Shown piece by piece: positions 1 to 12,440 of a stretch of 64,000 bases of DNA. The DNA lies in the NCBI GenBank assembly GCA_964016885.1, contig OZ024746.1:7068001-7132000 (forward strand), read 5' to 3'. Position 1 is the first letter of the stretch. Each line of letters begins with the position of its first letter. Source of the stretch: Eledone cirrhosa. Taxonomy: Eukaryota. A program made the translations under genes and the position numbers. The notes below the pieces were generated by a model that saw only the letters and a list, made by a program, of their open reading frames with translations, was not told where the DNA came from and did not search any database.

Positions 1-89
1 AGAGGGGGAGAGGGACTGTTTTTTGATTAAAAAAAAGAAGGAAAAAAGGTATATTAATGTTGATTATATACATTGTCTGAGTGAAATAA

Positions 90-218
90 CACATTGGAGG
101 CACACAGTGGTCCTTCAATGACACATTGGAGGAGTCACACAGTTGTCCTTCAATGACACATTGGAGGCACACGTCCTTCAATGACCCATTGGAGGCACAC
201 AGTGGTCCTTCAATGACC
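90..218. repeat. About 32-bp minisatellite, 4 copies (ACACATTGGAGGCACACAGTGGTCCTTCAATG)
   Basis: Directly visible. Confidence 0.85.
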
Positions 219-594
219 CTAGAAATCTAAGTGTTAACTATTAGATTTATTATATATTTTTTCATGGAACTTCTAAACAACTCCCAAACCACTAACCAAA
301 TATAATTATATTTCTATATCTGACTGTTGTGTTAATAATAAAGACATTTTTTCCAATTTTCTCCACATTAAATACAATACAAACCATTGCAATAAAATTC
401 CAAGATGACATTGAAATTTTTCATTTTACTGCGATTTCTAATCAAATATATCAACTGGCCTTTATTTCTTCATTTTTTAAATTGTTATTATTCTGTTATA
501 AACAAAATGTCCTATTCATACATACAATCATACATACATATATATATATATACACACACAATCAGAGAAGCCCCGCATTCATTCTCATATAAAC

Positions 595-700
595 CAGATC
601 TGGGCAGTATAGCAGTATATTCTAACTTATCCAGTTTAATGTAAAATGATTTCAGCTCAAACAAATTAAAGTTATTGCTGTAATCCATACAATGGTTCCA
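595..700 (-). pseudogene. Relic exon resembling the C-terminal half of a Tudor domain (GTIV / MDYSNNFNLFELKSFYIKLDKLEYTAILPRSG)
   Basis: DYSN resembles DYGN; EL+......KL...AI...SG pattern; long polypyrimidine tract, but AA instead of AG and a frameshift. Confidence 0.4.
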
Positions 701-1061
701 TTAAATACAAAAAAAAAAAAACAATAATAATAATGATTGCTTACTGAAACAAGTGAATTTTAAAAGTTTTTAAAACTTAGAAAAAATAGTGGAAATACAA
801 AATAATCTAAATATTTAAAAAAATGGGGATTTTTTTGTGATTTTTTTTTTGTTTTTTTTTAGCAGAGATGTAGACGTTAAAAGCAGATTATTTCCCAAGT
901 GACAAATTATTCAGAAAAGTCTTCTATTCTTCAAGTATTTAAGTAACCAATTTCACTTTTGGAATAAAATACTGAAAAAGAAAGAAAAAAAAATAAAGAA
1001 AAAAGGTAAGAAAAATAAAAAACATCCTCAAATTTTTATATTATATTTTTAAATGAAAATA

Positions 1062-1705
1062 TGAGGGTCGACTGAAAAGTTCATAGGCTGACCAAGATAC
1101 TCTCATGGAATGACCAAATGTGGTTTAGTTTTCAACATAGTCCCTAGAAAGAAACAATCATCATCATCATCGTTTAGGTTTAGATGGGAATTGTCCCACT
1201 TGAGGCAAGATTGGTTGTCTTGCTCGTATAGGACTGTCTGGCAGGTTTTCTACGGCTGGATGCGCTTCCTAACACCAACCATGTTTACAGTTATTAATAA
1301 GAATTGAAATGAATCATCATCAGTTTTACATCCATTCTTCCACGCTAGCATGGGTTAAACAAGTTGTCCTGTTGATGGCAATGCCAAGTCAGGTGACCAT
1401 GTCTTGCTCATAAAGAACTGATTTTGGCTGGGTTTCTACAGCTGGATGCCCTTCCTTACACCAACCTCATTTACAGTGTGGACTGGGTGCTTTTTATCGT
1501 GACACCTACACAACCACTTTATGGTGGGGAGGATACTGTCTATATGCTTCAGCTTCGGCTTGTACCCGTGGAAAGCAGGGTCTTCTGTATTACTGCGTAA
1601 CGCCTGAGGTCTCAGTCCTGTGTCATCGCCTTTGCATGCAAGATTTCACAGCCCTAGCATCACTCATTCATAGTCAGCCTATGAACTTTTCAGTTGAACC
1701 TTGTA
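1062..1705. mobile_element. mariner-like non-autonomous element containing nested SINE tails
   Basis: TIRs gagggtcgactgaaaagttcataggctgac / gtcagcctatgaacttttcagttgaaccttgta. Confidence 0.65.
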
Positions 1706-4007
1706 GATACATTTCAGTATACAGCATCAAAGTACCAAGGTCATTAGAGCATAGGACAAGATAACTTGTGGTATTTGTTCTGGTTCTCTGTAATCTGACT
1801 TCAAACCTCACCCTTTGGAGATCAATAAAATACAGTAGCAGTCCAGGCTGGTGGATTGAAGAGATTGTTAGAGCCTTAGATGAGGTGCCTTGTAGTATTT
1901 TATCCAGCCCTTTGCATTCAGAGTTTGTATCCCACTGTGACCTACTTGAATGGTTTAATCAGTCACCTGGTTTAATAGCCCCACCTGGCCATTAGTGGAG
2001 CCAGTTCTCCTACTTGAAGATAGCTTCCTCCCACCAGTCTTTGAGGTGCTGATAAAGATCATAACTACTGCCCTTCCCTTCCTCACTAAACAATTTAAAA
2101 AACAAAACAATACTTTGAAGCATTGAATACATTTTTAGCAAATCTTTTTGAGCTAAAGAATTGGAAAAAATAAATTGTGTGCAACTTAAGATATTTGGGA
2201 TAAAAGTGCCCTAGCATTCCTAACATATCAAATTACCCATCATTTGGTGCTAACAACATGGTGCTTTATATATCCAAATCTGATTCTGATGAAACAAAAT
2301 CACCCACTTTAAAGGGGTTCCTATTTAAATTAAAATCTTCCAACATAATTTTATATAAGAATCATGTGTTAAGTTATCTTAGTAATGAAATAATAAATAA
2401 TTTTAGAAAATCCTTCAAAATTCTTCATTAATTGAAATAGAGTGTCACAAAAATGTTAATTACAATTGCTTTAAAAACTAATTCTAGAGTATGTAACTCC
2501 TAATAAACTGCCAACAGGTATATACAGAAATCACCAATATATTTAGGCTGTCCAATCAATAACCTTTTTCTTATACTAAATACAAGTAGTTAAAGTTTTG
2601 CTGTAGGGAGTTAGGTGCCTTTTGTTGTCACCAACACAACCACTTTACAGTGTAAACTGGGCACTTTACAGTGCAGACAGGGTGCTTTTTGTCATGACAC
2701 CTACACAATCACTTTACAGTGTGGACTGGATGCCTTTTGTCAAGTCATCTAGACCACTTTACAGAGTGGAAAATTAATGAATTTATAAAGTGTGAAACTG
2801 AACTAATATCTACTGCTCTTTTCCTGAGATAGCAATAAGGTTTTATAGCAAAGAAAAGAGAGAGAGGAAGGGTTACTCACATTTGCTTAAGACGCAGCCT
2901 CAACAACCATAGCAGATGTTAATTTATATTCATCTGGTTGAAAAATAACAAAAGAACATTTCAGATGGAAGTATTTCAAACTAATTTCTAAAAAGACAAC
3001 TTAGATAAATTTAGAATTTATGTCTTTGATTCTTAATTGAGATGATCATCATCATTGGTTAACGTCCACACTTGCATGGGTTAGACGGGTTGTCATATTA
3101 TGAGACAATTCAGGTACAGAGACGTCTTGCTCACACAGATCTGTATTTAAGCTTGGTTTCTACAGTAGGATGCCCTTCCTAACACCAACCACAATAGGCC
3201 ATCAATTAGCCTCTATCAGAGATGTCTATCGAATAAAGATCAATCTTATTGATTTTACTTGTAATGTTGACTTGTACATGTTTATTTTTTTCCCAATCAG
3301 TTATAGTAAGGAGGAAGGTCAGAGCTCAAGACCCTTTTCAGGGCTATTAGGAAGAGGGAAGAAGGTTATTTCTAAACTGGACATCTGCCCATTAGCTTAC
3401 AACAGAGTGGTCTCCACTAAAACCAGCCAAGGAGGGCCAGGTGATGTTTCACAAGGCAATAAATTATGTCTACCACCTAAACAGGTTACATAAAGATTTC
3501 AATTGAAACACAACAGATACAACCAAACATCAGACATTCCAATAATTCCAGCAGTCCATTGCTCCAGACTGTTTACCTGGAAAGATGAAAGTAAAAAAAC
3601 CACTCAACCCTAAAAAGGATAAAAGCAAAATTGACCACAGTAGGGTTTTATATATGTGTATATATATATATATATAATCATCATCATCATTTATCATTCA
3701 TTTTTCCAAGCTAGTATGGGTTAGATGAGTTGTCCCATTGTGAGACAAGCCAGGTCAGGTGACCATGTCCTGTTCATATAGAACTGGTTCTGGCTTCGTT
3801 TCTATGGTTGGATGCCCTTCCTAGTACTAACCACATTTACAGTGTGGGCTGGGCACTTTTTGCTGTGTCACCTACATGACCACTTTACAGTGTGTGCCAG
3901 GTGCTTTTTGTCGTGACACCTACTCGGTCTCTTCACAGTGTGGACTGGGAGCTTTTTGTATACATATATATATAATTAATAAGAAATATAATGAAGTTGT
4001 TACTTAC

Positions 4008-4132
4008 TGGCTCTAATCATCCCGATATAAAGCAACACATTTATCTTTAATTGGTGGATTATATAACTCTGGCCAACAATCATTGACAGACAACATCAAT
4101 TCCTCGTGCAACTTTGAAAACTCCAACGGATT
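4008..4132 (-). pseudogene. Relic exon resembling the N-terminal half of an extended Tudor domain (NPLEFSKLHEELMLSVNDCWPELYNPPIKDKCVALYRDD*S)
   Basis: Intact tattttag acceptor and gtaagt donor; CVALY.DD[W].R pattern with TAG at 4013-4015 in the Trp position. Confidence 0.55.
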
Positions 4133-4149
4133 CTAAAATAAATAGATTA

Positions 4150-4530
4150 TAAAAATATATGAGTAATGATAATGTGTATGAACAATGGAGCACAAATGAG
4201 CTGAGATAGAGAGAAAAAATAGTGAGTATGAAAGGAAGCAGAGTGTAGATGAGAGAGGATTGTGCTGGTATGGACATGTGATGTGTATGGATGATGATGA
4301 TTGGGTGAAAACATGATAGAGAGATCCCAGTGGAAAGAAGTTGCAGTAGAGGAAGACCAAGGAAGCCCTGAGCAGAAGTGGTGAAAGCTAATTTTAAAAT
4401 TCTTCACTTCACAGAGATGACAAAAACATGCATCAAGTGGGGGTGGGGTGTTGATTCCGTCCAACCATGAAAAATCAGATATAAAATGATGATGATAATG
4501 ATAATGATAACGGTGATGATGATGATGATA
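4150..4530 (+). mobile_element. Decayed RTE LINE 3' fragment with (GAT)n tail
   Basis: tgctggtatggacatgtgatg (WYGHV), agaggaagacca (RGRP) and the tail. Confidence 0.7.
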
Positions 4531-4815
4531 TCAGTGTTTCTATGGACATGCATGTGTTATCACATAAGTTTCCTTGGTAACCTGATACTTCAGAAGAAAA
4601 AGAAATCAACTTTTCCAGAGTTTCAGAAAAAACAAATTCCAAGAAATAAGTGTTGTTAACATGACTGGAAATTAAATTTTTGTTAATAATTAAATATCCC
4701 TGATCAGTGTTGATTGATCAGACCCATCACTTGAAGATAGTGATGTGATTGAGCAGAAGAGGAAGAGAAAGATGTTCAATTTCCCAATGTCAATTTTAAT
4801 TACCTGATCCAAAGT

Positions 4816-4823
4816 TCATACAC
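4816..4823 (-). CDS. RRM gene putative terminal coding micro-exon (G-V-stop); exon probably spans 4804-4823
   Basis: ctttgttttacag acceptor, GT GTA TGA, then CAG|gtaatt donor; gives a predicted protein of about 424 aa. Confidence 0.45.
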
Positions 4824-5114
4824 CTGTAAAACAAAGTACATACACACACACACACACACACACATGACGGGCTTCCTTCCAGTTGCCATCAATTAGATTT
4901 ACTCAGGAGGCATTGATTGGCCTGAGTCTATAATAGAAAACACTTAGAGAAAGTGTCACTCTGTAGAATAAATAATAGGATTCAAACTTCAGACCTATGA
5001 GACCCATTAGTGAACAGTCTTGTTCAATACTGACTCAATCAACTGTAGTTTGGTTTACATTTGAGACTAAGTGGTAAGAAACTCTCAAGAGAGCTGGATA
5101 AGGGCCAAAACACT

Positions 5115-5376
5115 CAAGTGAGTGTTTTGGCCCTTAACTTATATATATATACATATATATATATGGTGGCAAGAAACTCCCAGGAGAGCTGGACAGCAGA
5201 AGATCCTCAGAGAAGAAACCCACATCAAGTGTTTCAGCCCTTAACTGCTTACAATCTAAGGGGGTCAGGTTGCATCCAGTTCATGACACCTGGGTGCCCT
5301 TCTACTGACATTTAGCCATTCAGATATCAGAGACTTGTGTATTTAAAGCGTATGGAGTTGTTGACAGGAGCTAACT
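5115..5376 (+). repeat. Unclassified dispersed repeat, with a second copy inverted at about 60587-60915
   Basis: Shared MVARNSQESWT / MVVRNSQESWT pseudo-ORFs and about 250 bp of clear similarity. Confidence 0.75.
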
Positions 5377-5500
5377 GGAATTCCTCTCCTTTCAAACTTA
5401 TATTTAAACACTTTCTTGAATTGGAAAATAATGTTGGTAGTCATGGTAGCGGTGAGACGTCAACACATCTCAACGCTAAGCAAGAAAGAAACAAAATTAC

Positions 5501-5818
5501 CTTCTTCATCGAATTTCTTACGATGCTCATTTTTCGCACTGCTAGATCCTTCTTCAGCCAGTTTTGATTTGATTTCACCTAGCTTGTTGCTGTATTGACC
5601 ATTTCTTCGTTTCTTTTTACCATTCAGAAATCTGTGAGAATCCTGCATTGACATGTGTCTATCATTTGTTCTATTTACATAATTTGATCTTCTGTCAGAA
5701 TGAACATGGTTTGAACTATGAGATTCTTCAATTAAATCACTGGACTGAATACTACATTGCCTTAGTCTCTCGTTTATAGAACTCATTCCATCCACTGGAG
5801 AAGTCTTTTTATCAAAAT
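5501..5818 (-). CDS. RRM gene exon 9: hydrophilic region DFDKKTSPVDG...KKFDEE
   Basis: Strong ttttttttgtttcag acceptor, G|gtaatt donor; 318 nt open, phase 1 to 1. Linkage across the 15-kb intron is inferred from phase; an intervening exon cannot be excluded. Confidence 0.65.
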
Positions 5819-6059
5819 CTGAAACAAAAAAATAAGTATTATTATGTCTCTCTAAGTCTAATATCTGTCTCAAATCAGGAGACTCATCAGGTCGGTGCTT
5901 GTCCCAGTTGGTAACAAGAGTTAAAGTAGGAGACATATGACCAAGGTGCCACACAGCATGACTGAACCAGCAATTACAGGATTCAAAAGTAAACTCCTTA
6001 ACCACATAGCCAAAACTGCACTTCATTACATATCTAGTCTAGTCTAAAGTCTGTCCTGA

Positions 6060-6310
6060 GCTAGAAGGCTCATCAGAGCTGCACTTATCCTGGTTTCATG
6101 GCATGAAGAGACTGAGAGTACAAAACTCCAGTCCATCACAGAGTTAAACCCCTAGTTATTGATGGTACTCATTTTTAGCAGAGTATACTGGAGCAATGTG
6201 AAATGGAGTGTTTTGCTCAAGAACACCACACACAACCCAGCCCAGGAATTGAACCCATAACATTATGATCGTATGTCCAACACCCTTACCACTAAGCCAC
6301 CTGCCTCCAC
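6060..6310 (-). mobile_element. Related tRNA-headed SINE with a different 3' part
   Basis: Minus strand starts ggaggcaggtggcttagtgg...ggttcaattcctggg, followed by the same central domain. Confidence 0.65.
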
Positions 6311-6736
6311 TGAGTGTGTGTGTATGTAAATAATGGTTTCTAATTTACAGTATATCCTCAAATATAAGCCAAGTAATGATCAGAAACTCAATGTGGGATG
6401 GCTTATATTCCAGAATATATGATAGGTAAAAAGCCAGTAATTTCAGGGAGATGGGAAAGTCTATCATATCTACCCCAGTACTTTACTGGTGGGTAAGTCT
6501 ATCATATCTACTCCAGTACTTTACTGGTGCTATATTCTAATGACCCGAGAAAGATGAAAGTTTAAATTAATTACAGATGGAAATTGCTATCTAAACACTT
6601 TAGCATGTTCACCATTTCAGATGTATGTGGGTAAATAAAGGGTAAAGACCCCCTTCGGTCAAAAATGTCCAAAACATGACAGATGCCTTCTCAATCCTCC
6701 AGTTGATCTCAGAATCTAAAGAACCATCCCTAGAAA

Positions 6737-9700
6737 CAGATTTACAGAGGTATAGAACACAGCAGTCTATATCAAGTCCAGATTTACAGAGGTATAGAAC
6801 ACAACAGTCTATATCAAGTCCAGATTTACAGAGGTATAGAACACAACAGTCAATATCAAGTCCAGATTTACAGAGGTATAGAACACAACAGTCAATATCA
6901 AGTCCAGATTTACAGAGGTATAGAACACAACAGTCAATATCAAGTCCAGATTTACAGAGGTATAGAACACAACAGTCAATATCAAGTCCAGATTTACGGA
7001 GGTATAGAACACAACAGTCAATATCAAGTCCAGATTTACAGAGGTATAGAACACAACAGTCTATATCAAGTCCAGATTTACAGAGGTATAGAACACAACA
7101 GTCAATATCAAGTCCAGATTTACAGAGGTATAGAACACAACAGTCAATATCAAGTCCAGATTTACAGAGATATAGAACACAACAGTCTATATCAAGTCCA
7201 GATTTACAGAGGTATAGAACACAACAGTCTATATCAAGTCCAGATTTACAGAGGTATAGAACACAACAGTCTATATCAAGTCCAGATTTACAGAGGTATA
7301 GAACACAAGAGACTATATCAAGTCCAGATTTACAGAGGTATAGAACACAAGAGACTATATCAAGTCCAGATTTACAGAGGTATAGAACACAAGAGACTAT
7401 ATCAAGTCCAGATTTACAGAGGTATAGAACACAACAGTCTATATCAAGTCCAGATTTACAGAGGTATAGAACACAACAGTCTATATCAAGTCCAGATTTA
7501 CAGAGGTATAGAACACAACAGTCTATATCAAGTCCAGATTTACAGAGGTATAGAACACAAGAGACTATATCAAGTCCAGATTTACAGAGGTATAGAACAC
7601 AACAGTCTATATCAAGTCCAGATTTACAGAGGTATAGAACACAACAGTCAATATCAAGTTCAGATTTACAGAGGTATAGAACACAACAGTCTATATCAAG
7701 TCCAGATTTACAGAGGTATAGAACACAACAGTCTATATCAAGTCCAGATTTACAGAGGTATAGAACACAACAGTCAATATCAAGTCCAGATTTACAGAGG
7801 TATAGAACACAACAGTCAATATCAAGTCCAGATTTACAGAGGTATAGAACACAACAGTCTATATCAAGTCCAGATTTACAGAGGTATAGAACACAAGAGA
7901 CTATATCAAGTCCAGATTTACAGAGGTATAGAACACAAGAGACTATATCAAGTCCAGATTTACAGAGGTATAGAACACAAGAGACTATATCAAGTCCAGA
8001 TTTACAGAGGTATAGAACACAACAGTCTATATCAAGTCCAGATTTACAGAGGTATAGAACACAAGAGACTATATCAAGTCCAGATTTACAGAGGTATAGA
8101 ACACAAGAGACTATATCAAGTCCAGATTTACAGAGGTATAGAACACAACAGTCTATATCAAGTCCAGATTTACAGAGGTATAGAACACAAGAGACTATAT
8201 CAAGTCCAGATTTACAGAAGTATAGAACACAACAGTCTATATCAAGTCCAGATTTACAGAGGTATAGAACACAAGAGATTATATCAAGTCCAGATTTACA
8301 GAGGTATAGAACACAACAGTCTATATCAAGTCCAGATTTACAGAGGTATAGAACACAAGAGACTATATCAAGTCCAGATTTACAGAGGTATAGAACACAA
8401 CAGTCTATATCAAGTCCAGATTTACAGAGGTATAGAACACAACAGTCTATATCAAGTCCAGATTTACAGAGGTATAGAACACAACAGTCTATATCAAGTC
8501 CAGATTTACAGAGGTATAGAACACAACAGTCTATATCAAGTCCAGATTTACAGAGGTATAGAACACAAGAGACTATATCAAGTCCAGATTTACAGAGGTA
8601 TAGAACACAACAGTCTATATCAAGTCCAGATTTACAGAGGTATAGAACACAACAGTCTATATCAAGTCCAGATTTACAGAGGTATAGAACACAACAGTCT
8701 ATATCAAGTCCAGATTTACAGAGGTATAGAACACAACAGTCTATATCAAGTCCAGATTTACAGAGGTATAGAACACAAGAGACTATATCAAGTCCAGATT
8801 TACAGAGGTATAGAACACAACAGTCTATATCAAGTCCAGATTTACAGAGGTATAGAACACAACAGTCTATATCAAGTCCAGATTTACAGAGGTATAGAAC
8901 ACAAGAGACTATATGAAGTCCAGATTTACAGAGGTATAGAACACAACAGTTTATATCAAGTCCAGATTTACAGAGGTATAGAACACAACAGTCTATATCA
9001 AGTCCAGATTTACAGAGGTATAGAACACAACAGTCTATATCAAGTCCAGATTTACAGAGGTATAGAACACAAGAGACTATATCAAGTCCAGATTTACAGA
9101 GGTATAGAACACAACAGTCTATATCAAGTCCAGATTTACAGAGGTATAGAACACAACAGTCTATATCAAGTCCAGATTTACAGAGGTATAGAACACAACA
9201 GTCAATATCAAGTCCAGATTTACAGAGGTATAGAACACAACAGTCTATATCAAGTCCAGATTTACAGAGGTATAGAACACAAGAGACTATATGAAGTCCA
9301 GATTTACAGAGGTATAGAACACAACAGTTTATATCAAGTCCAGATTTACAGAGGTATAGAACACAACAGTCTATATCAAGTCCAGATTTACAGAGGTATA
9401 GAACACAACAGTTTATATCAAGTCCAGATTTACAGAGGTATAGAACACAACAGTCTATATCAAGTCCAGATTTACAGAGGTATAGAACACAACAGTCTAT
9501 ATCAAGTCTGGATTTACAGAAGTATAGAACACAACAGTCTATATCAAGTCCAGATTTACAGAGGTATAGAACACAAGAGACTATATCAAGTCCAGATCTA
9601 CAGAGGTATAGAACACAACAGTCTATATCAAGTCCAGATCTACAGAGGTATAGAACACAACAGTCTATATCAAGTCCAGATCTACAGAGGTATAGAACAC

Positions 9701-9942
9701 AACAGTCTATATCAAGTCCAGATCTACAGAGGTATAGAACACAACAGTCTATATCAAGTCCAGATTTACAGAGGTATAGAACACAAGAGACTATATCAAG
9801 TCCAGATTTACAGAGGTATAGAACACAACAGTCTATATCAAGTCCAGATTTACAGAGGTATAGAACACAAGAGACTATATCAAGTCCAGAGTTACAGAGG
9901 TATAGAACACAAGTCTATATCAAGTCCAGATTTACAGAGGTA
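6737..9942. repeat. 42-bp tandem satellite, about 76 copies (CCAGATTTACAGAGGTATAGAACACAACAGTCTATATCAAGT); resumes at 10158-10228
   Basis: Directly visible; accounts for the 14-aa repeat ORF 6676..8916. Confidence 0.98.
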
Positions 9943-9945
9943 TAT

Positions 9946-10158
9946 GACGTGTAGGCGCCACGAAAAAGCACCCAGCACTCACTGTAAATGAGGTTGGTGT
10001 TAGGAAGGGCATCCAGCTGTAGAAATCAAGCCAGATCAGTTCCTGTATGAGCAAGGCATGGTCAGCCGACCAGACACTGCCCACAACAGGACAACCCGTC
10101 TAACCCATGCTAGCGTGGAAGAACGGACGTAAAACGGTGATGATGATGATGATGATGA
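9946..10158 (+). mobile_element. Young 5'-truncated retroposon 3' end inserted into the 42-bp satellite
   Basis: Near-identical to 14125-14341 and 39480-39686; (GAT)n tail; satellite units on both sides. Confidence 0.9.
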
Positions 10159-10299
10159 TAGAACACAAGAGACTATATCAAGTCCAGATTTACAGAGGTA
10201 TAGAACACAACAGTCTATATCAAGTCCAGTCTTTTAAACAAGGATATTTAATTACAAACATGAATCCAGTGGAACCAATATAAACGTTACCTTAGTTTT

Positions 10300-11205
10300 T
10301 CTTAGTTTCTAAATAACTTCTTCCAAATGGACTACAATGTCACAATCAACATACAACAAATTGTGAACTACAATTATAAAGGTCTTTGATTTAGCTTTGA
10401 AACTACTCAAATTGAATAGTTTACCTTTTGTGTGATAGCTTAATTCAGTTTTAAATGGACCCAGTTGGAACAGGTACATACCCCTGCTTGACACCACTGT
10501 CTATGAGGATTAGTCCTGATACAACACTAAAGTAGGCATTCATACCTGTATGTAGTTGTGTAAACATATCAACAAACTTATATGGGGCCCTAACTTTTCC
10601 AGGATTCCCCAGTGCGTTTGTGATAAGAAGGGCATCCAGTCATATAAAACTTGCCAAAGGGCTAAGAGGACTTTTCAGCTGTCTAAAAAACGACAACCTC
10701 CCTAGTGCCAGTGTCATGATAAAACGCACCCAGTACACTCTGTAAAGTGTAGATATGTAGGTAAGCAAGATACAATCCCCAACCCACCTGAGATATCACT
10801 GATAGTTTGTAACAATTTGTTTAACCCTTGCTAGGGAAAACAGACATTAAATGTTAATGACAATGATGATGATATGTCAACAAGAAACAACTTGATAAAA
10901 GGGAAGTTCTTGCCCTATGCACTTCTGTAACTGTCTGATGCCAAAACTCATATAGTTATACTTCCACCAGACTTAAATCCACATTGAAATCCTGGAGCAA
11001 TGATGAAATGGATGTGTGCAAACAATTCAATAAAGTCTGGTAAAGAAGATCTTACCATTAGTTACAAGTGAAAAGATACCACGAAAGTTACCAGTTTGGC
11101 TTGACAGCTTTTCACTTAAACAGTGAAATCATTATTGCATCTCTCCAATCTTGAGGGACTGACAAACCATTCCACATCTTGAGATGGTGTACTATCAATT
11201 CCTGT
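10300..11205 (-). mobile_element. Old RTE-like LINE RT fragment with a nested SINE piece
   Basis: Minus-strand translations WNGLSVPQDWRDAIMISLFK / GNFRGI and KGKLFNLSSFKAKSK...LLYVD match RTE RT motifs. Confidence 0.7.
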
Positions 11206-12160
11206 ATCTATGATACAAAAATGTTTGTTTTAACGCTTTAACATTTAAACCAGCCACATCTGGCCAGAATTCTCTCACTTCTTTCTGTTTAAACTGGCCA
11301 TAACCTACTGCTCATGCTTATAAGGTATTGTTCTCAAAATGAATAATATCAAAATCTTGTAGATTCGATATTTATATGAAGTAAAGCCTTTACCGTGAAA
11401 ATACAATAGTAAATATAGAGTAATGTAAATGCTAAAGGGTTAAAGTGTATATCTCAAAACCTTCCCATGATTTTATGTAAAAACGTGTTTAGTTATGTTC
11501 CGAACACCACCTTAATTCTGAGAAAGTTATCTAATTAAATCAATCCCTTCAAATTTTTGATTATTTTCAAAGTGATATGAAAATCATAGGCAATGGTTTC
11601 ATTAGAAATATGGTAATGAAAAAGTTAATCCCTCTGAATACTTTCAGTATTACTGATCAAAGTGGTTCTATCTTTGGACCTGAGAGTAATTAATTGGTAA
11701 GGTGGTAAGGACCAAATATCTGGGTTAATAAGCTGTATATTGTTTTGGAATCCTTTTTATTAAAGGTCAATTCAATATCTATGGATATACTCAACTGTTA
11801 CACATTCTCAATTCTCTGATTTAAGGAGCTTTAACAACACTTCTTATTTCAAATGCCAATCTTAGAAGCCCAAAATATCAGCAAAAGTGTTACATCAGTC
11901 TCTGACACATTAGATAAGGAATTAGCAATGATGTGGATGTCACATTCAACTGTTTCCCACTTTCACATTATTTGCTGTAAATTTTTCCCAGCAACCAGTT
12001 TCAACTTTCTGTCCAATATGTAGCCAAATGCAGGTGTTTAACAATAAGATGCCCATGGATAAGTGTCTAAGTGTCTTTAGGCATAACTTTCTGATAGAAC
12101 ATGATGTGAACTATTATGAGACCTAGTTGAGAAGATAACTGCAACTGGCAAAGATCAATA

Positions 12161-12440
12161 CAGTGGGCCCTTGGTTCACGAATGCTTCTCATCACGAACA
12201 TAGAACGTTTCAATTGATGAACAGTGTCTCGAGTAACAAACAGGCCAGCAACAAGCTGGAAGTATCATTGGAGAAGCGTCACTTGCTGTGTGGTTAGTTA
12301 CTATGGCGATATTTGTCTTTCACACACAGTCTCTCCCTCTCTCAACATTTCATATGGGAAAATTAGTTTTGGTGTACAAACATTTTGTGAGACAAACGGC
12401 CTTCAGGAATGAATTAAACTCATGAACCAAGGTTCCACTG
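12161..12440. mobile_element. Tigger-like MITE
   Basis: TIRs cagtgggcccttggttcacg / catgaaccaaggttccactg. Confidence 0.6.

Noticed and set aside
2881-2933. Exon-like segment (ttttcaaccag...gtgagt) on the minus strand
   Set aside because: Stops in all three frames and no recognisable domain; at most a non-coding exon.
3330-3345. Histone stem-loop-like GACCCTTTTCAGGGCT
   Set aside because: Imperfect stem, no adjacent histone CDS, and 21 kb from the H2A pseudogene.
6737-9942. CRISPR-like array
   Set aside because: Units are contiguous with no unique spacers, there are no cas genes, and the context is eukaryotic. The same applies to the 62-bp and 28-bp arrays.
11056-11208. Extra exon of the RRM gene (AG...gtaag, phase 1)
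   Set aside because: It has an in-frame stop, and another frame is clearly LINE RT (VPQDWRDAI).
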